Virus record (IMG/VR): IMGVR_UViG_3300036832_001138
Location: 9,078 to 73,077 of that record
Direction: 5' to 3' (one strand)
Source: a virus
Length of the DNA stretch: 64,000 nt
Positions within the stretch are counted from its first letter, which is position 1, and each line of letters starts with the position of its first letter. A program made the position numbers and the translations under genes. The notes under the pieces are model-generated. The model was not told the DNA's origin. It did no database searches and was given only the letters and a program-made list of their open reading frames with translations. Of this stretch, positions 20,751-30,917 are shown in pieces.

Positions 20751-22331
20751 TCAGGAGATATCGAGGGCGCGGACTTGCGCCTTGCGCCGCTCGATTGTCG
20801 CCGCGGTTGTCTCGACCGTGGAAGCCGGGCGAGCCCGCCCGACCGCCCACGCGCGAAGCGCCGCGATCTTTTCTTTCGACGTTTCGGCCAGCGGCACGAC
20901 ATTGCCCGCCGCTCGGATTAGATCGTCGGTCGTGATCTCACGCTTGCCATCCGCAAAGGCGGAGAACATCGCGTCAGGCACGATCTCGGCGACTTCCGAG
21001 CCGGTGAACTTGTCGCACGCCTTGGCGATCGCCTTGGCGTCGACCGCGACCTTGCCACGGCCATGCTTGCGCATGGCCGTCTGCAACACCGCGATCCGCT
21101 CGACTTCGCTCGGGAGATCGATGAAAAAGACTTCATCGAATCTTCCTTTGCGCATCAACTCCGGCGGCAGATCGTCGACCTTGTTGGCGGTCGCGATCAC
21201 GAAGGCTTCGCCCTGGCGCTCTTGCATCCAATTCAGGATGCTACCGAGCGCATCGGACGAAACGCCACCATCGGCCGCGCCTTGCGTCGCACCGGCCAAT
21301 GCTTTTTCGATTTCGTCGAGCCACACAACGCAGCGGCCCACGCTCTCGATCACGCGGAGCGCCTTTCTCAAATTGCCTTCCGATTCGCCGACGAACTTGC
21401 TTTTGAGCGCACCAAGATCGAGGCGCAGGAGCGGCACGCCGTAGGCCGTGGCGATCGCCTTGGCCGTGAGCGACTTACCGCAACCGGGAACGCCAACGAG
21501 CAGCGTGCCCTTCGGCGCAGGCAACCCGTAGGCTCTCGCGTCCGGCGACCATGCCGCACTGCGCGACACGAGCCATTGCTTCAAGCCTTCGAGGCCGCCA
21601 ACCGCTTCGAGCCCACCGGGCAGCGGATCATGCCATTCGAGCACGCGCTCGCGGGCAATCACGCGCTTTTTCTCGGAAGCGACGGCGGTCGGCTCGATCG
21701 TGCGAGTCTGCACGAGCGATTTCGAGTAAACCGCCTGCGCTTCCTCCCCGGTCAATCCGACCGCGGCATCGATTGCCGCGTCGCGCTGGCCGTTGAGGTT
21801 GAGGCCGTATTGCTCGACAAGACCGTCGAGGATCGCGGCGATCTCCGCACGATCCGGAAGCGGCCACTCGATCACCGTGACGTGCCCGGCAAGCTCGGCC
21901 GGAACGTCGCCGGAGGGCGAGAGCACGATCAGCGATTGCGCGGCTTCGCGTTTCACGCCCGGAAGCAACCGGCAAAGGTTGCGAACCTTGCGCAGCGGAG
22001 CAGCGCCGGGCGGGCCCTGTAACCATACGGGCAAGTCCCGCATGATCCACACGCCCCGCTCATTGCTTTTCGCTCGCTCGCGGATGGCTTCGAGCGTCGC
22101 ATCCGGATCAGCGGACCCGATGTTGCGCTCGACGTTGCCAGCCATATCGGCGACGCCTTGGCCTACGTCCCAAGTATGGGCAACGTAACCCGCGGTAGCC
22201 GCCGCTTCGAACAAGTAGCCTTCGACGCGCGCTTCCTCGCGGGTAACGACCCACAACAGCGGATTGCGCGCGCGCAGCAACGCCGCGATATCTTCCGCGA
22301 CTTGCAGGCTTTTGCTCATAACGTTTGTCAT
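20751..22331 (-). CDS. AAA+ ATPase (Ycf46-like)
   Basis: Walker A GVPGCGKS, Walker B VVWLDEIEK, SRH 'ATAN..LPPELMRKGRFD'. Confidence 0.9.
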   Translation of the reverse strand: MTNVMSKSLQVAEDIAALLRARNPLLWVVTREEARVEGYLFEAAATAGYVAHTWDVGQGVADMAGNVERNIGSADPDATLEAIRERAKSNERGVWIMRDLPVWLQGPPGAAPLRKVRNLCRLLPGVKREAAQSLIVLSPSGDVPAELAGHVTVIEWPLPDRAEIAAILDGLVEQYGLNLNGQRDAAIDAAVGLTGEEAQAVYSKSLVQTRTIEPTAVASEKKRVIARERVLEWHDPLPGGLEAVGGLEGLKQWLVSRSAAWSPDARAYGLPAPKGTLLVGVPGCGKSLTAKAIATAYGVPLLRLDLGALKSKFVGESEGNLRKALRVIESVGRCVVWLDEIEKALAGATQGAADGGVSSDALGSILNWMQERQGEAFVIATANKVDDLPPELMRKGRFDEVFFIDLPSEVERIAVLQTAMRKHGRGKVAVDAKAIAKACDKFTGSEVAEIVPDAMFSAFADGKREITTDDLIRAAGNVVPLAETSKEKIAALRAWAVGRARPASTVETTAATIERRKAQVRALDIS

Positions 22332-22425
22332 CTTTGACTCCTTCAATAGTGAACCGGAGGGCAAGCTCCGGAGCGTTGCGAGTGCAACACTATGACGCCC
22401 GCCGTAGCGGGCGCTTAGTGATGTC

Positions 22426-22650
22426 TCACTTGGTGAGGTGGGCGCGAAACGCGTCACTGTAAGGCTTGGACAGATGCGCCAGCGTTGGCCGGTATCGCAT
22501 CCGGTAGGATCGATCGTAATTCGCGCCGTAAGGCTTGCCGATCGCGTTGAGATGTTTGCCGTGTACGCGTTGGGCGACCGTATATTGCCGCGGCTTGGTC
22601 ACGCGATAACCAGCGGCTTTCACCACGGCGATCGCTTGATCGAGACTCAT
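22426..22650 (-). CDS. Hypothetical protein
   Basis: 74 aa between two repeat copies. Confidence 0.55.
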   Translation of the reverse strand: MSLDQAIAVVKAAGYRVTKPRQYTVAQRVHGKHLNAIGKPYGANYDRSYRMRYRPTLAHLSKPYSDAFRAHLTK

Positions 22651-22746
22651 ATTCGACTCCTTCGAGAGAGAAGCGCCGGGCAAGCGGCGCAGTGCAGCGA
22701 GTGCAGCACTATGACCGGGCGGCACGCCGCCCGGCTTAGCGATGTC

Positions 22747-23400
22747 TCACTTGGTAGGATTGAAACCGGCCCGCTCGGTCGTGCCCCACGATAAGCCGAA
22801 GTGCTCGGCGCACGTTGGGCCATAGCCGACCGCGGTCGACCGTTCGTCTTTGAGCGGCAGATTGCAGAAGCAGCACGCGCCAGTTAACCGGCCATGCTCG
22901 CCCGCGACCTTTGCGGGATCGCAAGCGAATTCCTTGAGCCGGGCAACGATCGCGTCCGTGCGGCCGTTGAGCTTGGCCGCCGGTTGAAACCCGCCGTCGA
23001 CCGTGATCCGGCCGAACCAATCGCGACCATCAACGCCCTTGTTGGCGTCGAGCACCGTGATCGAGCCCGGCACCTTGGCCCGCGGGCCCGCGACCGAGAG
23101 GCGCAGCGTCACGTCCGCGGCAGGAACCGCGAGCACGATCGCCGGATATTTGAGATGTTGCTTCGCCTTGGCGAAAAGCGCGAGCACGCCGGACATTTCG
23201 CCGACTTGCTTGGCTTGCGGCTTGGCATCGGCAACCGTCGCGTAAATGAAGCTTTCGCGATAGGTGCCGACTTGCTCGCCGAGCGTGACCGGTTTTGTGC
23301 GGCCATCGCGCAGCGTCACCGTGATGACTTCGCCGGGATTGTGCTGCATATCGCACAGCACGCCCCACGAACCATCCGGCAATTTGCGGAAACTATTCAT
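22747..23400 (-). CDS. Hypothetical protein with DUF6011-like Zn motif
   Basis: 'CCFCNLPLKDERSTAVGYGPTCA'. Confidence 0.7.
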   Translation of the reverse strand: MNSFRKLPDGSWGVLCDMQHNPGEVITVTLRDGRTKPVTLGEQVGTYRESFIYATVADAKPQAKQVGEMSGVLALFAKAKQHLKYPAIVLAVPAADVTLRLSVAGPRAKVPGSITVLDANKGVDGRDWFGRITVDGGFQPAAKLNGRTDAIVARLKEFACDPAKVAGEHGRLTGACCFCNLPLKDERSTAVGYGPTCAEHFGLSWGTTERAGFNPTK

Positions 23401-23499
23401 CTTCGACTCCTTCATTTGAATGCACCGGGGCAAGCCGGTGAGTGCAGCGAGTGCAGCACTGCAAAGGCCACGCCGAAGCGTGGCCGATGCGGTGGTGTC

Positions 23500-24027
23500 T
23501 CACTCAGTGACGACGGCAAGCGGCGAGTCCGCCTGCCATGCCGGATCGATCGAAGCATCCTCGACGCCGGGATCGAGTCCTTCGTTGTAACCGAGTTGAA
23601 TCGCGCCATCCCACGACGCCAGCCGCTCGCGGATTTCGGCGTTGTCGGGCACGACGAGAAGGCCGCCCCAAATCTCATTGAGGCCGGTTTCCTTGACGGT
23701 GCCGAGCGTGCCCGCAGGCACGACGCAATGGGGAAAGATGTCCCACGGCATCACGAACTTGACGCGCGAGCCGGGGTGCAGGTCGCGAGCCAATTCGAAC
23801 CACGTGGCGGCGCGCTCGCCGTCGGCGGGGATCAGACGAAACAGCGGTTGAGCACCGCCGCCGCCGAGGTGCTGGCCATAGGCTTGCAGATCGCGGATCG
23901 CGATCGCCGTGCTCTCCGGATCGTCGGGGAAGCACTCGTCGACGGGGCATTCGGTTTCGAACGTCCAAGCGTCCGAGCCGTGAACTTGCGAGTAGAGGCG
24001 CACGCGCATTCTATGTTTGATGGTCAT
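23500..24027 (-). CDS. Hypothetical protein
   Basis: MTIKHRMRVRL...; RBS in the repeat. Confidence 0.6.
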   Translation of the reverse strand: MTIKHRMRVRLYSQVHGSDAWTFETECPVDECFPDDPESTAIAIRDLQAYGQHLGGGGAQPLFRLIPADGERAATWFELARDLHPGSRVKFVMPWDIFPHCVVPAGTLGTVKETGLNEIWGGLLVVPDNAEIRERLASWDGAIQLGYNEGLDPGVEDASIDPAWQADSPLAVVTE

Positions 24028-24125
24028 CTTCGACTCCTTCGGGTGATGCGCCGGGCAAGCGGCGCGAGCGTTGCGAGTGCAACACTGCAAAGGCCACGCC
24101 GAAGCGTGGCCGATGCGGTGGTGTC

Positions 24126-24392
24126 TCACTTCAAGTTTTGCCGGTGATAAACGAACGCCGTTTGCGCGCTCGGCAGGGCACGCGAAAACGTTTCGGTGCC
24201 CGTGTAGCAGATGACGCCAGCGGTGCACGTAAAGTCCGCGTTGGCACCGTAAGGCCGGAAAAACGTGATCTCGTTTTCCGTGACGTTTTTGACGATGGCG
24301 GTGCCCCACGGACCGTCGAGCACTTTCACCACGTCGCCAATGCGAAGCTCGGCAACCGGCATTTCGCGATTGGGATACATCGGATTTTCCAT
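24126..24392 (-). CDS. Hypothetical protein
   Basis: MENPMYPNRE...; RBS in the repeat. Confidence 0.6.
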   Translation of the reverse strand: MENPMYPNREMPVAELRIGDVVKVLDGPWGTAIVKNVTENEITFFRPYGANADFTCTAGVICYTGTETFSRALPSAQTAFVYHRQNLK

Positions 24393-24766
24393 TCTGGACT
24401 CCTTCGGGTTGATGCGCCGGGCAAGCGGCGCGGGAATTAAGCGTGCCCCTAGTCTCGCGTGATCCGGCGAGGGCGAGCCGGGCGCTTCGGCAAAATCTTG
24501 AATGGCGCGCCTTGCTTCGCGTGCCATTCGGTAGATTTTGTCGTTTGAAGGAAAGAGTCACATCCGCGCTCGCCGCGTGAAGCGAGCCGCCGATGGAATC
24601 TCAGCACCCCCGCTACGTCGGCCACAAATAGGGCACTCGCGAGAGCGTGTGAGCGGCGCACCGGGCTTGCTTGTGGATGCCCCCTTTGGGGGTCACGAAT
24701 GCCGACTTGTGGAGGGCCAGCGCCCGGCGGTGAACCAATCGAGCTATATGCTCGATCTCGACCGTA

Positions 24767-24795
24767 AATATAGGGCCATTGGCCCGGAAAGTCAA
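24767..24795 (-). promoter_or_regulatory. Strong sigma70 promoter with operator
   Basis: Minus strand TTGACT-N17-TATATT; spacer contains GGGCCAATGGCCC. Confidence 0.8.
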
Positions 24796-24825
24796 GGGCC
24801 ACAAAGACTATATAAGTCTTTGATA

Positions 24826-25086
24826 TTATTCGGGTTTTAGGCCCAAAATGGCCATGGCGCGATGGCCGGGTTTACCCGTCGAAATGAGGTATTGGAGGAA
24901 CGCGCGCGCCGGGCCGGGCACTCCGCGCTCGCCCGCGCTCCATCGCCGCGAGGTTCTTTCGTCGACGAATAGCAGCGCCGCGGCATCGACGTGCGAATCG
25001 AGCCCAAGCTTTCTCAACGCGTCGTCGTAATCGTCGGGCGACATGTCCGGCGGCTTTGATTTCTTTGCAGGCGTCTTCGCAGTCAT
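24826..25086 (-). CDS. Small HTH transcriptional regulator
   Basis: 'ALRKLGLDSHVDAAALLFVDERTSRRWSAGERGVPGPA'; nearly leaderless after the 25094 promoter. Confidence 0.7.
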   Translation of the reverse strand: MTAKTPAKKSKPPDMSPDDYDDALRKLGLDSHVDAAALLFVDERTSRRWSAGERGVPGPARAFLQYLISTGKPGHRAMAILGLKPE

Positions 25087-25093
25087 GCCATCC

Positions 25094-25123
25094 GATATAG
25101 GGCCAAAGGTCCCAAACCGGCAA
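25094..25123 (-). promoter_or_regulatory. Putative promoter with operator for the HTH gene
   Basis: Minus strand TTGCCG-N18-TATATC containing GGACCTTTGGCCC. Confidence 0.6.
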
Positions 25124-26027
25124 GACCTTATGATGATCGCAAATGCGCTGGCGGTGGTAACGGTCGCCCGATCTGCTTGAATATGCGGAAGGCGAGTTGT
25201 TGCTTCGCAAGCATGACCATCTGCGATGCGCGCTGCCGGGTGACGCCGAACTCGCGGCCGATCGCCTCGATCGTCGCGCCGTCGAGCCGCATATCGAGCG
25301 CGCGGGCGTATCGTGCCCAATCGCGCTGCGCGCCATTGATCAGAAGATTATCCGCCATGTGAAGCCCATCCAACCGAGCGCGTAGGTCAGCGGGCCGATG
25401 GTGAACGCGTAAAACCATCCGACCCATTGCGCGTAGAACATACACGCGGCAATGCAGAAAATCACGTGCGCCAATTCCCACCGCTCGATCTTGACGCCGC
25501 GCACGGTGACAAGCTCGATATCGAGCCAATCGGCCATGCGATCGAAGCGATCGAGGATCACGCGCGGGACGTAGCGTCCGACCGGGCGATGTTTGCCGCC
25601 GAATTCCATCATCTGACGATCTCGGCTGGCGCTTCGGCCGACCGCATTTGCTGTGATGTCAGCGTGACTTGTATTGCCAGTAGTAAACACATTCGCAACC
25701 GTTCCAATCCACTGTCCACCGCCAATGCTGGCGTCTCATGCAGGGGCGCCAGAACATCCACCACGGCGTGGCTTGCCATGGGCCGGTAGGGTGTTCTGGA
25801 AATTCGATCTTCATGTCAGCTTGCTACTGAAAGGGTTGCGTCTGTGCAATAGCGGCTGGCGCTTCGGCCGACTGCATTTGCTTGATCCGAAACAAACTGT
25901 CTTTGTATCGCGGCTTGTAGAACGCGGCCTGCATCCAATCGATTGCGTCTTCTTTATCTGCGAACGCGCCCACAACTTCGAAATCGCTCGCGCCTTCCGT
26001 TGGGGTGATGATGACGATGTAGCTCAC

Positions 26028-26447
26028 CTATTGGCCTCGCTGTTCTTCCTTGCCTGCCGCGATGATCTTGCCATTGGCATCGCGCGTGGTCGTCGTGCCG
26101 TCCGGCTCTCTTGTCGTGATCGAAATGATTTGCCCGCCAGCATCGCGAGTCGTCGCAGTGTTGCCGGTCGTGGTGGTGGTGCCAATGAGCTTGCCGTTGG
26201 GATCATAGATCGTGCGCGTGCCATCGGGGGCGATTTTGGCCGTGCCCGTGAGTTCGCCCTTGGCGTCGCGGAAGTAAACCATGTTGTCAGATGTAGTCGC
26301 CGTGCCGACGATTTGGCCTTCGGGCGATTTGATAATGGCAGTGTGCGGCACAACCGACTTGCCGGGCATGTCAGGCGTCCGCGTTATCGATTGCGCCATC
26401 GCGGTCGGGGCAAAGAGCGCGACGGAAAGAAATAGCATCTTGATCAT
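26028..26447 (-). CDS. Secreted beta-hairpin repeat protein
   Basis: Signal peptide; repeats resembling T.RDA.G.I.G. Confidence 0.65.
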   Translation of the reverse strand: MIKMLFLSVALFAPTAMAQSITRTPDMPGKSVVPHTAIIKSPEGQIVGTATTSDNMVYFRDAKGELTGTAKIAPDGTRTIYDPNGKLIGTTTTTGNTATTRDAGGQIISITTREPDGTTTTRDANGKIIAAGKEEQRGQ

Positions 26448-26554
26448 TTTGCTTTCTCCTAAAAAACGAGCCCGGCGCTAGGTTAGCCACCGGGCTCGCG
26501 CCGAACGGCATCAGCGATGTGGATAAACTGCACCGTTCGGTGTTCGTTGTCGAG

Positions 26555-27223
26555 CTACGCGATCGCCAGTTTCTTTTTGCGACGCGTCCACTGCCAGCCA
26601 CCGAAGCCGAGCATCCCGAGCAAGCCCGGAAGCCCCGCGCCGACGATTGGTCCCGGCACCGCAGCGGCAGACAGAGCGCCGCCGAGATTGGCCGCGCCTC
26701 CACCGTTGGTAACGATGTGGAAATCGACGCTGGCGTTGAACGTCGCCGGAAGATTGAACGCAGCGAACGCGGCATCATGCCCACCGGAGATCGGCCCCGT
26801 GAAGGTCGAGGAGTCGATGATGGTGCCATTGATATCCGTGCTGATCGTCGCGACCCAACCGGTAGAGAGCCCGGTTGCATCGAAGCCGCTCAGCAATGCG
26901 GTCAATCCGGTCGGGCTGGTGAGCCCGACGCCGAGCACGTTCAAGTCCAGCGTATGACTTCCTGCAACGGTTTGCTGGACCGAGATCGTGTTGCCTTGCA
27001 GAAGGAAGGGCGGCGGAACGCCGCCCGGTCCGTTGGTCGATCCCGTCGCCAGGATCGTGAAGTCACCGAACGCGACCGGACCAATCGATGACGTAGCGGT
27101 CGGAGTCGGAACGGTCGTCGTCGCCCCACCATCCTCTTGAGCAGTGAAGGTGATGGTTGCGGCCATGGCACTGGTTGACGCCAGCAACAGGGCCGTCGTT
27201 AACGCAATTCCTAGTTTTCGCAT
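26555..27223 (-). CDS. Secreted PEP-CTERM-like protein
   Basis: Signal peptide; C-terminus VPGPIVGAGLPGLLGMLGFGGWQWTRRKKK. Confidence 0.85.
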   Translation of the reverse strand: MRKLGIALTTALLLASTSAMAATITFTAQEDGGATTTVPTPTATSSIGPVAFGDFTILATGSTNGPGGVPPPFLLQGNTISVQQTVAGSHTLDLNVLGVGLTSPTGLTALLSGFDATGLSTGWVATISTDINGTIIDSSTFTGPISGGHDAAFAAFNLPATFNASVDFHIVTNGGGAANLGGALSAAAVPGPIVGAGLPGLLGMLGFGGWQWTRRKKKLAIA

Positions 27224-27321
27224 GCGAAACGCCCCTTTGCGTTTTTCGAGATATTCCATCGCGGCCGACTGGTCGCGATGGTCGTTAATGGCGCTTCAAG
27301 CTACGCCATAGAGTTGATGGC

Positions 27322-27951
27322 CTAGGCCACTTGCCTCCACCATTGATAACGCTTCTGGCGGACGCGAGCGAGCACAAGCATTCCCAAGCCAAGCAAGCCG
27401 GGGATTCCCGCGCCCACGACCGGACCGGGCACCGAAGCAACGTCGATGCGATAATGCTCGAAGTCTTGGATCACGCCACCAACATCGTTCAGCGTGATCT
27501 TCGAGATGGCTTCGCCGTTGATCGCGGTGAACGTGAACCCGGATTGTGCGCCGTTGATCACACCTAGATCAAAGGTGAACGTTCCGTCCGTGGCGACTAC
27601 CGTCGCAGTCACATCGCCGGTGCCTACAAGTGAAAAGACATCGGTTGCGGTGCCAAGTACGGTGGTCTTGTCCGTGGCGAAAACAACGATTTGAAGATCG
27701 CTCGTGTTGCTGATCTTAATATCGTTGCCGTTGGAAGCACCGGTGAAGCTAGAATTCCCCGACAGATCGGTGAATTGAGCAAAACCGGTGTGTTGGCCGT
27801 TGAAACTGCCAAAAGCAACATTGCCGCTAATGGAGTCGAAGACGACGTTATCGCCCGTGCCGCTTAGATGCCGGTCGAGGATAACGTCGGCGCTTGCTTG
27901 AGTCGTCGCGAGGCCGAGCGCAAAGACGCTCGCGAGCAGGAGTTTCTTCAT
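27322..27951 (-). CDS. Secreted PEP-CTERM-like protein
   Basis: Signal peptide; C-terminus VPGPVVGAGIPGLLGLGMLVLARVRQKR. Confidence 0.85.
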   Translation of the reverse strand: MKKLLLASVFALGLATTQASADVILDRHLSGTGDNVVFDSISGNVAFGSFNGQHTGFAQFTDLSGNSSFTGASNGNDIKISNTSDLQIVVFATDKTTVLGTATDVFSLVGTGDVTATVVATDGTFTFDLGVINGAQSGFTFTAINGEAISKITLNDVGGVIQDFEHYRIDVASVPGPVVGAGIPGLLGLGMLVLARVRQKRYQWWRQVA

Positions 27952-28063
27952 TTTGTGATTACTCCGGTTTGAATACGCGAGGCAGCCCATCTTTTAAGAA
28001 CCGTGCCCCTCTGGAAAGCCCCCGCGCGGATGGTGGGTGTCTTGAGAGCAGCGGTAACATGCC

Positions 28064-28092
28064 ACGCTAGGGCCATCGGCCCGGCAGAGCAA
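28064..28092 (-). promoter_or_regulatory. Putative promoter with operator
   Basis: Minus strand TTGCTC-N17-TAGCGT containing GGGCCGATGGCCC. Confidence 0.55.
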
Positions 28093-28195
28093 GATCGGCA
28101 AGGCTCTATTTTTTGGACATTGACAGATTTTTGCGACGAAGATTTTACGCGTAATTGGGCTTTATTGGGCCATTGGGCAGATATAGCTTTCCTCT

Positions 28196-28549
28196 ATGCC
28201 GACGCGGATCAGCGATGACGAACTTGTGGAGCTTTGGCACAATGGCGTGGCGACGCACCTTGTGGCCCGCGATTGTGACGTGTCCGCCGAGTTTTTGCAA
28301 TCGCGGTGGAAACTGCTCAAGGCCGAAGGTCGCCTTCCTATGACCAAGCGCCCGGTCAAGAGCACTGCCGCCAAAGGGCCCGCGCCCCCCGATAAAGGCG
28401 ACGACAATAACGGTTGCCCGCTCGACGACGGCGGCATGCTCGACGCGCTATGGGCCGCGCATCCCGAAGGCCCGCGCGAGGATTTATTCAATGATGCGCG
28501 GGCGAAGGCGAGAGCTTTCGGAGCAGAGCAAGATCGCAAGCAATCGTGA
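28196..28549 (+). CDS. Divergent small protein, possible HTH
   Basis: 'DDELVELWHNGVATHLVARDCDVS'; lone + strand ORF after an AT-rich spacer. Confidence 0.5.
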   Translation: MPTRISDDELVELWHNGVATHLVARDCDVSAEFLQSRWKLLKAEGRLPMTKRPVKSTAAKGPAPPDKGDDNNGCPLDDGGMLDALWAAHPEGPREDLFNDARAKARAFGAEQDRKQS

Positions 28550-30379
28550 CTGAGCGCGGATCGTCCGGCCGCCCGGCCGCCGTCAATAAAATATTCTCAC
28601 CGCACGTTGTGCATTCAACGTAGAAATATCCGCAACGCGGCGCGGGATACGGCAGCGTCGCCTTGCACGACGGCGAGCGCCCCATTGCCATGTTAATATC
28701 AACGCCGCTCGGGAATTCCGGATTCGGCTTCTCGCGCGGTTCTCTACCCAAATCGATCCATTCGATCTTGAATTTGTCGGTCATTCATCCTGCTTCTTGT
28801 CTTTGCGATAATCGATGCCGAGCGCGAAGTATCGCGCATTGTCGTTGACCATCTCAAGCGAGTTGCACAGCGCCGCGATGCGCTTGCCGCGCTCGACCGT
28901 GCTCGGGTTTTTCATCTCGCCATCGAGCGCCACAAGAAACGTGCGCACCGCGCTGGTCACCGCGACTAGGCTCGCGCGATACTTGCGCGTTTCGATATCC
29001 ATCCCGCGCCCCAACCGAGGCATGTCAGTTGGCTTTCTCTTTCATGACTTCCGCACGGGCTCGTTGCAGCCGCAGGATGCGCGGATCGCCTGCGATCTGC
29101 CGGGCTTCCTCGCGGTTCGGATTATCGAGCACATGCTTTCTCCCGCGCTTGCGAAACACCATGATGTGCCCGCAATAGATGCAAATCGTCACGTCGCCGG
29201 GCGATGGCTTGTGATCGCCGAACATGCTGCTTGCGGCATCCAACTGCTTGCCGCAGGCAAGACAATAACCGCCCCGAACACGTGTTTCTCGCATGCCGCG
29301 TCCATCACGGTTGTTTCGGATTGATGATGATCTCGACCGGCTGGCCGACGGCAAGCTCGGGCTGCTCGGCACCGAGCCGCCAACTCTCCCGCATACCCTC
29401 GAATTGCACGAACCAACCGATATCCTCGTATTCGATTTCAGTCTCCGCCCTGCCATCGGGCAACGTGCGGCCGGTCTTGACCGCGCGCATGGCCATGCGC
29501 TTCTGCTCGATCTTGGAAACCGTGGTATTGATGACGTAGCTCATTCCGGTTCGTTGCAAATTTTGCACACGACTTCGCCAGCCTCGTGATAGCCGCCCCG
29601 GTTCTCGCCGCGCGCCGATAGCTCGGCCTTGCTGGCGAGCCGATTGCGCAGCGCCACGATCGTGGGATTTTCAACGTTCGCATCCGGCACGCGTATGATC
29701 TGCGCCTCACCGCCGGGATTGAGCCCGCGTCGTGTGGCCTCCGTCAATGCGCTTAGAGCATCGTCGGCTTGCACGACGGTCCCGCCGAGAAATCCGCCCT
29801 CCGCTTTGGCGCGAGCGAATGAGATGTAGAACCAAGTTTTGTCCATTAGATACAATCGTGCTCCCTACCAAGCCGCGAATACTTCTTTCCGCATGCGACG
29901 CAAAACACGCCTGTGATCGGCGGTATGGTATCCATGACCGGAACCGAAAAATTGATATCAAGCCGACCGCCGCAAGCGGGGCAGCGCTCTTGATCGTGAG
30001 AAAGAATCTTATCGGTGCGACTCGGTTTGCTTTGTGTCATGGCGAGCGTCCGATTTCCATGCCGCCATACTCAGAATGAAACCGTTTGCAGTGCGCACAG
30101 TATTTGTTTTCAACGTCGCCGAGATGATACGAAGTCATGCCGCAGCGCGTGCACACAATCGCCTTGCCGTCGTTGACGATCACATAGGTCCGCGGAACGA
30201 ACTTGCCGAGAAAATAATCGGTGAGCACAAACACTGCGGCGGTTCGCACCATGGCCCCGCGATAGCGCTCGTTGAACCAATCCTCCGGCCGCGCCTTCGC
30301 TTCCATCACGCGCCGCGCGATCTCGTAAGCGAGTGAGCCGAGCGTATCGGTAATGCGATCGCTAAGCCCCTTAATTTCA

Positions 30380-30724
30380 TCACGCGTCATGCCCATGCGC
30401 TTTCAAAACTTCTCGCCAGCTTGAATATGCTTCGTTGCGCGGATCGAGCTTGGCGAGATCGAGATGGCCCAAGCGTTCCGCGATTTGCATGATGTTGTTG
30501 GTCTTGCCTTCACGCGCCAGCACCGCCATCAACCCGGCGCACTGTTGCGGATGGTCACCGGCTCGCTTGTGCGGATCATCGAAGTTATCGTAATCGATAG
30601 TCTTGTGGCATTGAAATGCAGACTGGTTGAAAATCTCGCGCAAGCGCGGACGCGAAAGCTCAAACGTCTCGCCGACGCCCTTGCGGAAAGGGCAATTCTC
30701 GCATGGGCGTTTTAAGTGGAACAC
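30380..30724 (-). CDS. Cys-rich hypothetical protein (DUF6283-like)
   Basis: PCENCPFR..FQCH..CAG. Confidence 0.55.
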   Translation of the reverse strand: MFHLKRPCENCPFRKGVGETFELSRPRLREIFNQSAFQCHKTIDYDNFDDPHKRAGDHPQQCAGLMAVLAREGKTNNIMQIAERLGHLDLAKLDPRNEAYSSWREVLKAHGHDA

Positions 30725-30917
30725 GGCTTAACCTCGATCCACTTTTTGATGCAATCCTCGCAAAACGATGCCGCCGATCCATCGCTGCGCCACATCATCA
30801 ACGGCACCTCCGGCAACGCGCCATGACAAATTCCGCAGAGCTTGCGTTGCGGTGAGTCCGGCCTACCCCACGAGATCACGCAACCGGGACGAAATGCGAA
30901 TACGGTGTTAGGGCGGG

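Larger units (their letters stand above)
19324..24431 (-). repeat. Eight dispersed ~95-nt structured intergenic repeats, each ending in the RBS of the next gene
   Basis: Copies at 19324-19410, 19760-19848, 20658-20750, 22336-22429, 22655-22750, 23405-23503, 24032-24129, 24397-24431 (partial); all share a hairpin with (C/T)TTGCC loop and GAAGGAGTC. Confidence 0.85.

Noticed and set aside
22894-24147. Long plus-strand ORFs here and at 17845-18966, 21063-22022 and 37671-38612
   Set aside because: Antisense shadows of well-supported minus-strand genes in GC-rich DNA
25098-25106. Spacer TAGGGCCAA matches operator sites here and at 4951-4959
   Set aside because: The partner spacer does not match next to either site; with about 70 9-mers in 64 kb, single matches are expected by chance
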